From assembly GCA_026770705.1 (NCBI GenBank), contig JANJGN010000034.1, positions 6,758,001 through 6,822,000 on the forward strand: a stretch of DNA of 64,000 nucleotides, written 5' to 3'. The notes beneath the pieces are model-generated. The model saw only the letters and a program-made list of their open reading frames with translations, was not told the origin of the DNA and ran no database searches. This DNA comes from Isurus oxyrinchus (taxonomy: Eukaryota). Position numbers and translations under genes: made by a program. Of this stretch, positions 63,236 to 64,000 are shown piece by piece. Position 1 is the stretch's first letter. Each line of letters starts with the position of its first letter.

Positions 63236-64000
63236 AGCACACAAGTTGTTAATTACATTAGGTCTTACTATTCAAGCAGGTGTATTCTAATGGCAGCTCT
63301 TCAGTGCTTTATGCTTACTTCAATCCATTTGACACAACAGTGTTCCGGCTGCATCCATATATAATGTTGTGATGGGTTAGCCAATGCATTGCCTACTTAA
63401 ACTAGCAATTGCACTTAAAAGGGCAGTTAATGTGCCATGTATTTACAGATAGATTGAGATAATCACCTTTTTTATATAAAAAGTAAAGATTATTAAAAAT
63501 GTTTTTGAAACAAATGTGAGGGGGGTTGTGGGTGGATCAGTCATTGGCCCAGTAAGGGGGATGGCGGTCCATCGGAGGACAGGGTAGTGGGTGTCAGAAG
63601 GCAGCGGAGTGCTGTCTATCGGGTATTAGTGGCAGGTGGTGATTTTCGCAGGACAGAGGGGGCTTTCGGTGCTGGTGGGGGTGGAAGGAGCATCGGGGGT
63701 TGCAGGAGTTGGGGCTCGGGGATTGTCGATGTTATAGAGGAGTTTCATATCAGAGGTCGGTGGAGTGTGGAAAGATGTGATGTAGGAGGGAGGGCAGTCC
63801 GAATTACAGGGTCTCTCTGAAATCAGGGTGGGGCCGAGAGCTAGGGTGGGGGGGGGCGAATTCCGGGGGCGACCAACGTTAGAATTTTTCTTGGGGTGGG
63901 TCCGAGTTCGGGTGTGATAGGTGGGGGGCAAGGTCATGGTAAATCTGAGGTTGCAGGGTCTGAATTTGAGGATCGAGGTCATTTTAATGTCCGGGGTTGG

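Overview
Repeat-rich, AT-rich eukaryotic (vertebrate) genomic DNA. The repeat content (degenerate CR1-type LINEs, a second LINE family, tRNA-derived and Deu-type SINE remnants, Penelope-like relics) looks like a cartilaginous fish; that assignment is my inference. Almost all ORF-track entries are noise or LINE fragments. The main signal is invisible to the ORF track: 25 tiny AG/GT-bounded segments on the + strand from 936 to 61813, each exactly 27 nt (18) or 36 nt (7) and all phase 1-1. They splice into one stop-free 738-nt frame (about 246 aa) encoding a repetitive, Cys-punctuated coiled coil: DDQLSFCQA DGDLDKRYK HLEDLAEKL IAAMLAKDK EIRKLKNALEDK FPGNVFHSY AKELKECEQ ELSKTRNYLRET DVKLNQCLK SLDDKCKTD DQRLLDAID EIAKLKKDLKDK DDQNQRACN EIEELLENI ASKLFDKEK EIRKLKDDLLNK AKALAEKDD ELAKLVENVEDL ERQLRKCVR ESGGPDRSN EIAKLKEDLNDT ESKLRKCEQ ELKGRPDEN EVARLKEDLQDT ENDLWKCQE. 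No start, stop or globular-domain exon was found in the window, so the gene cannot be named. The introns also hold young palindromic insertions with 13-14 bp target-site duplications and a variant minimal hammerhead-like motif. Exons were found by eye, so some may be missed. Boundaries of old repeats are approximate.
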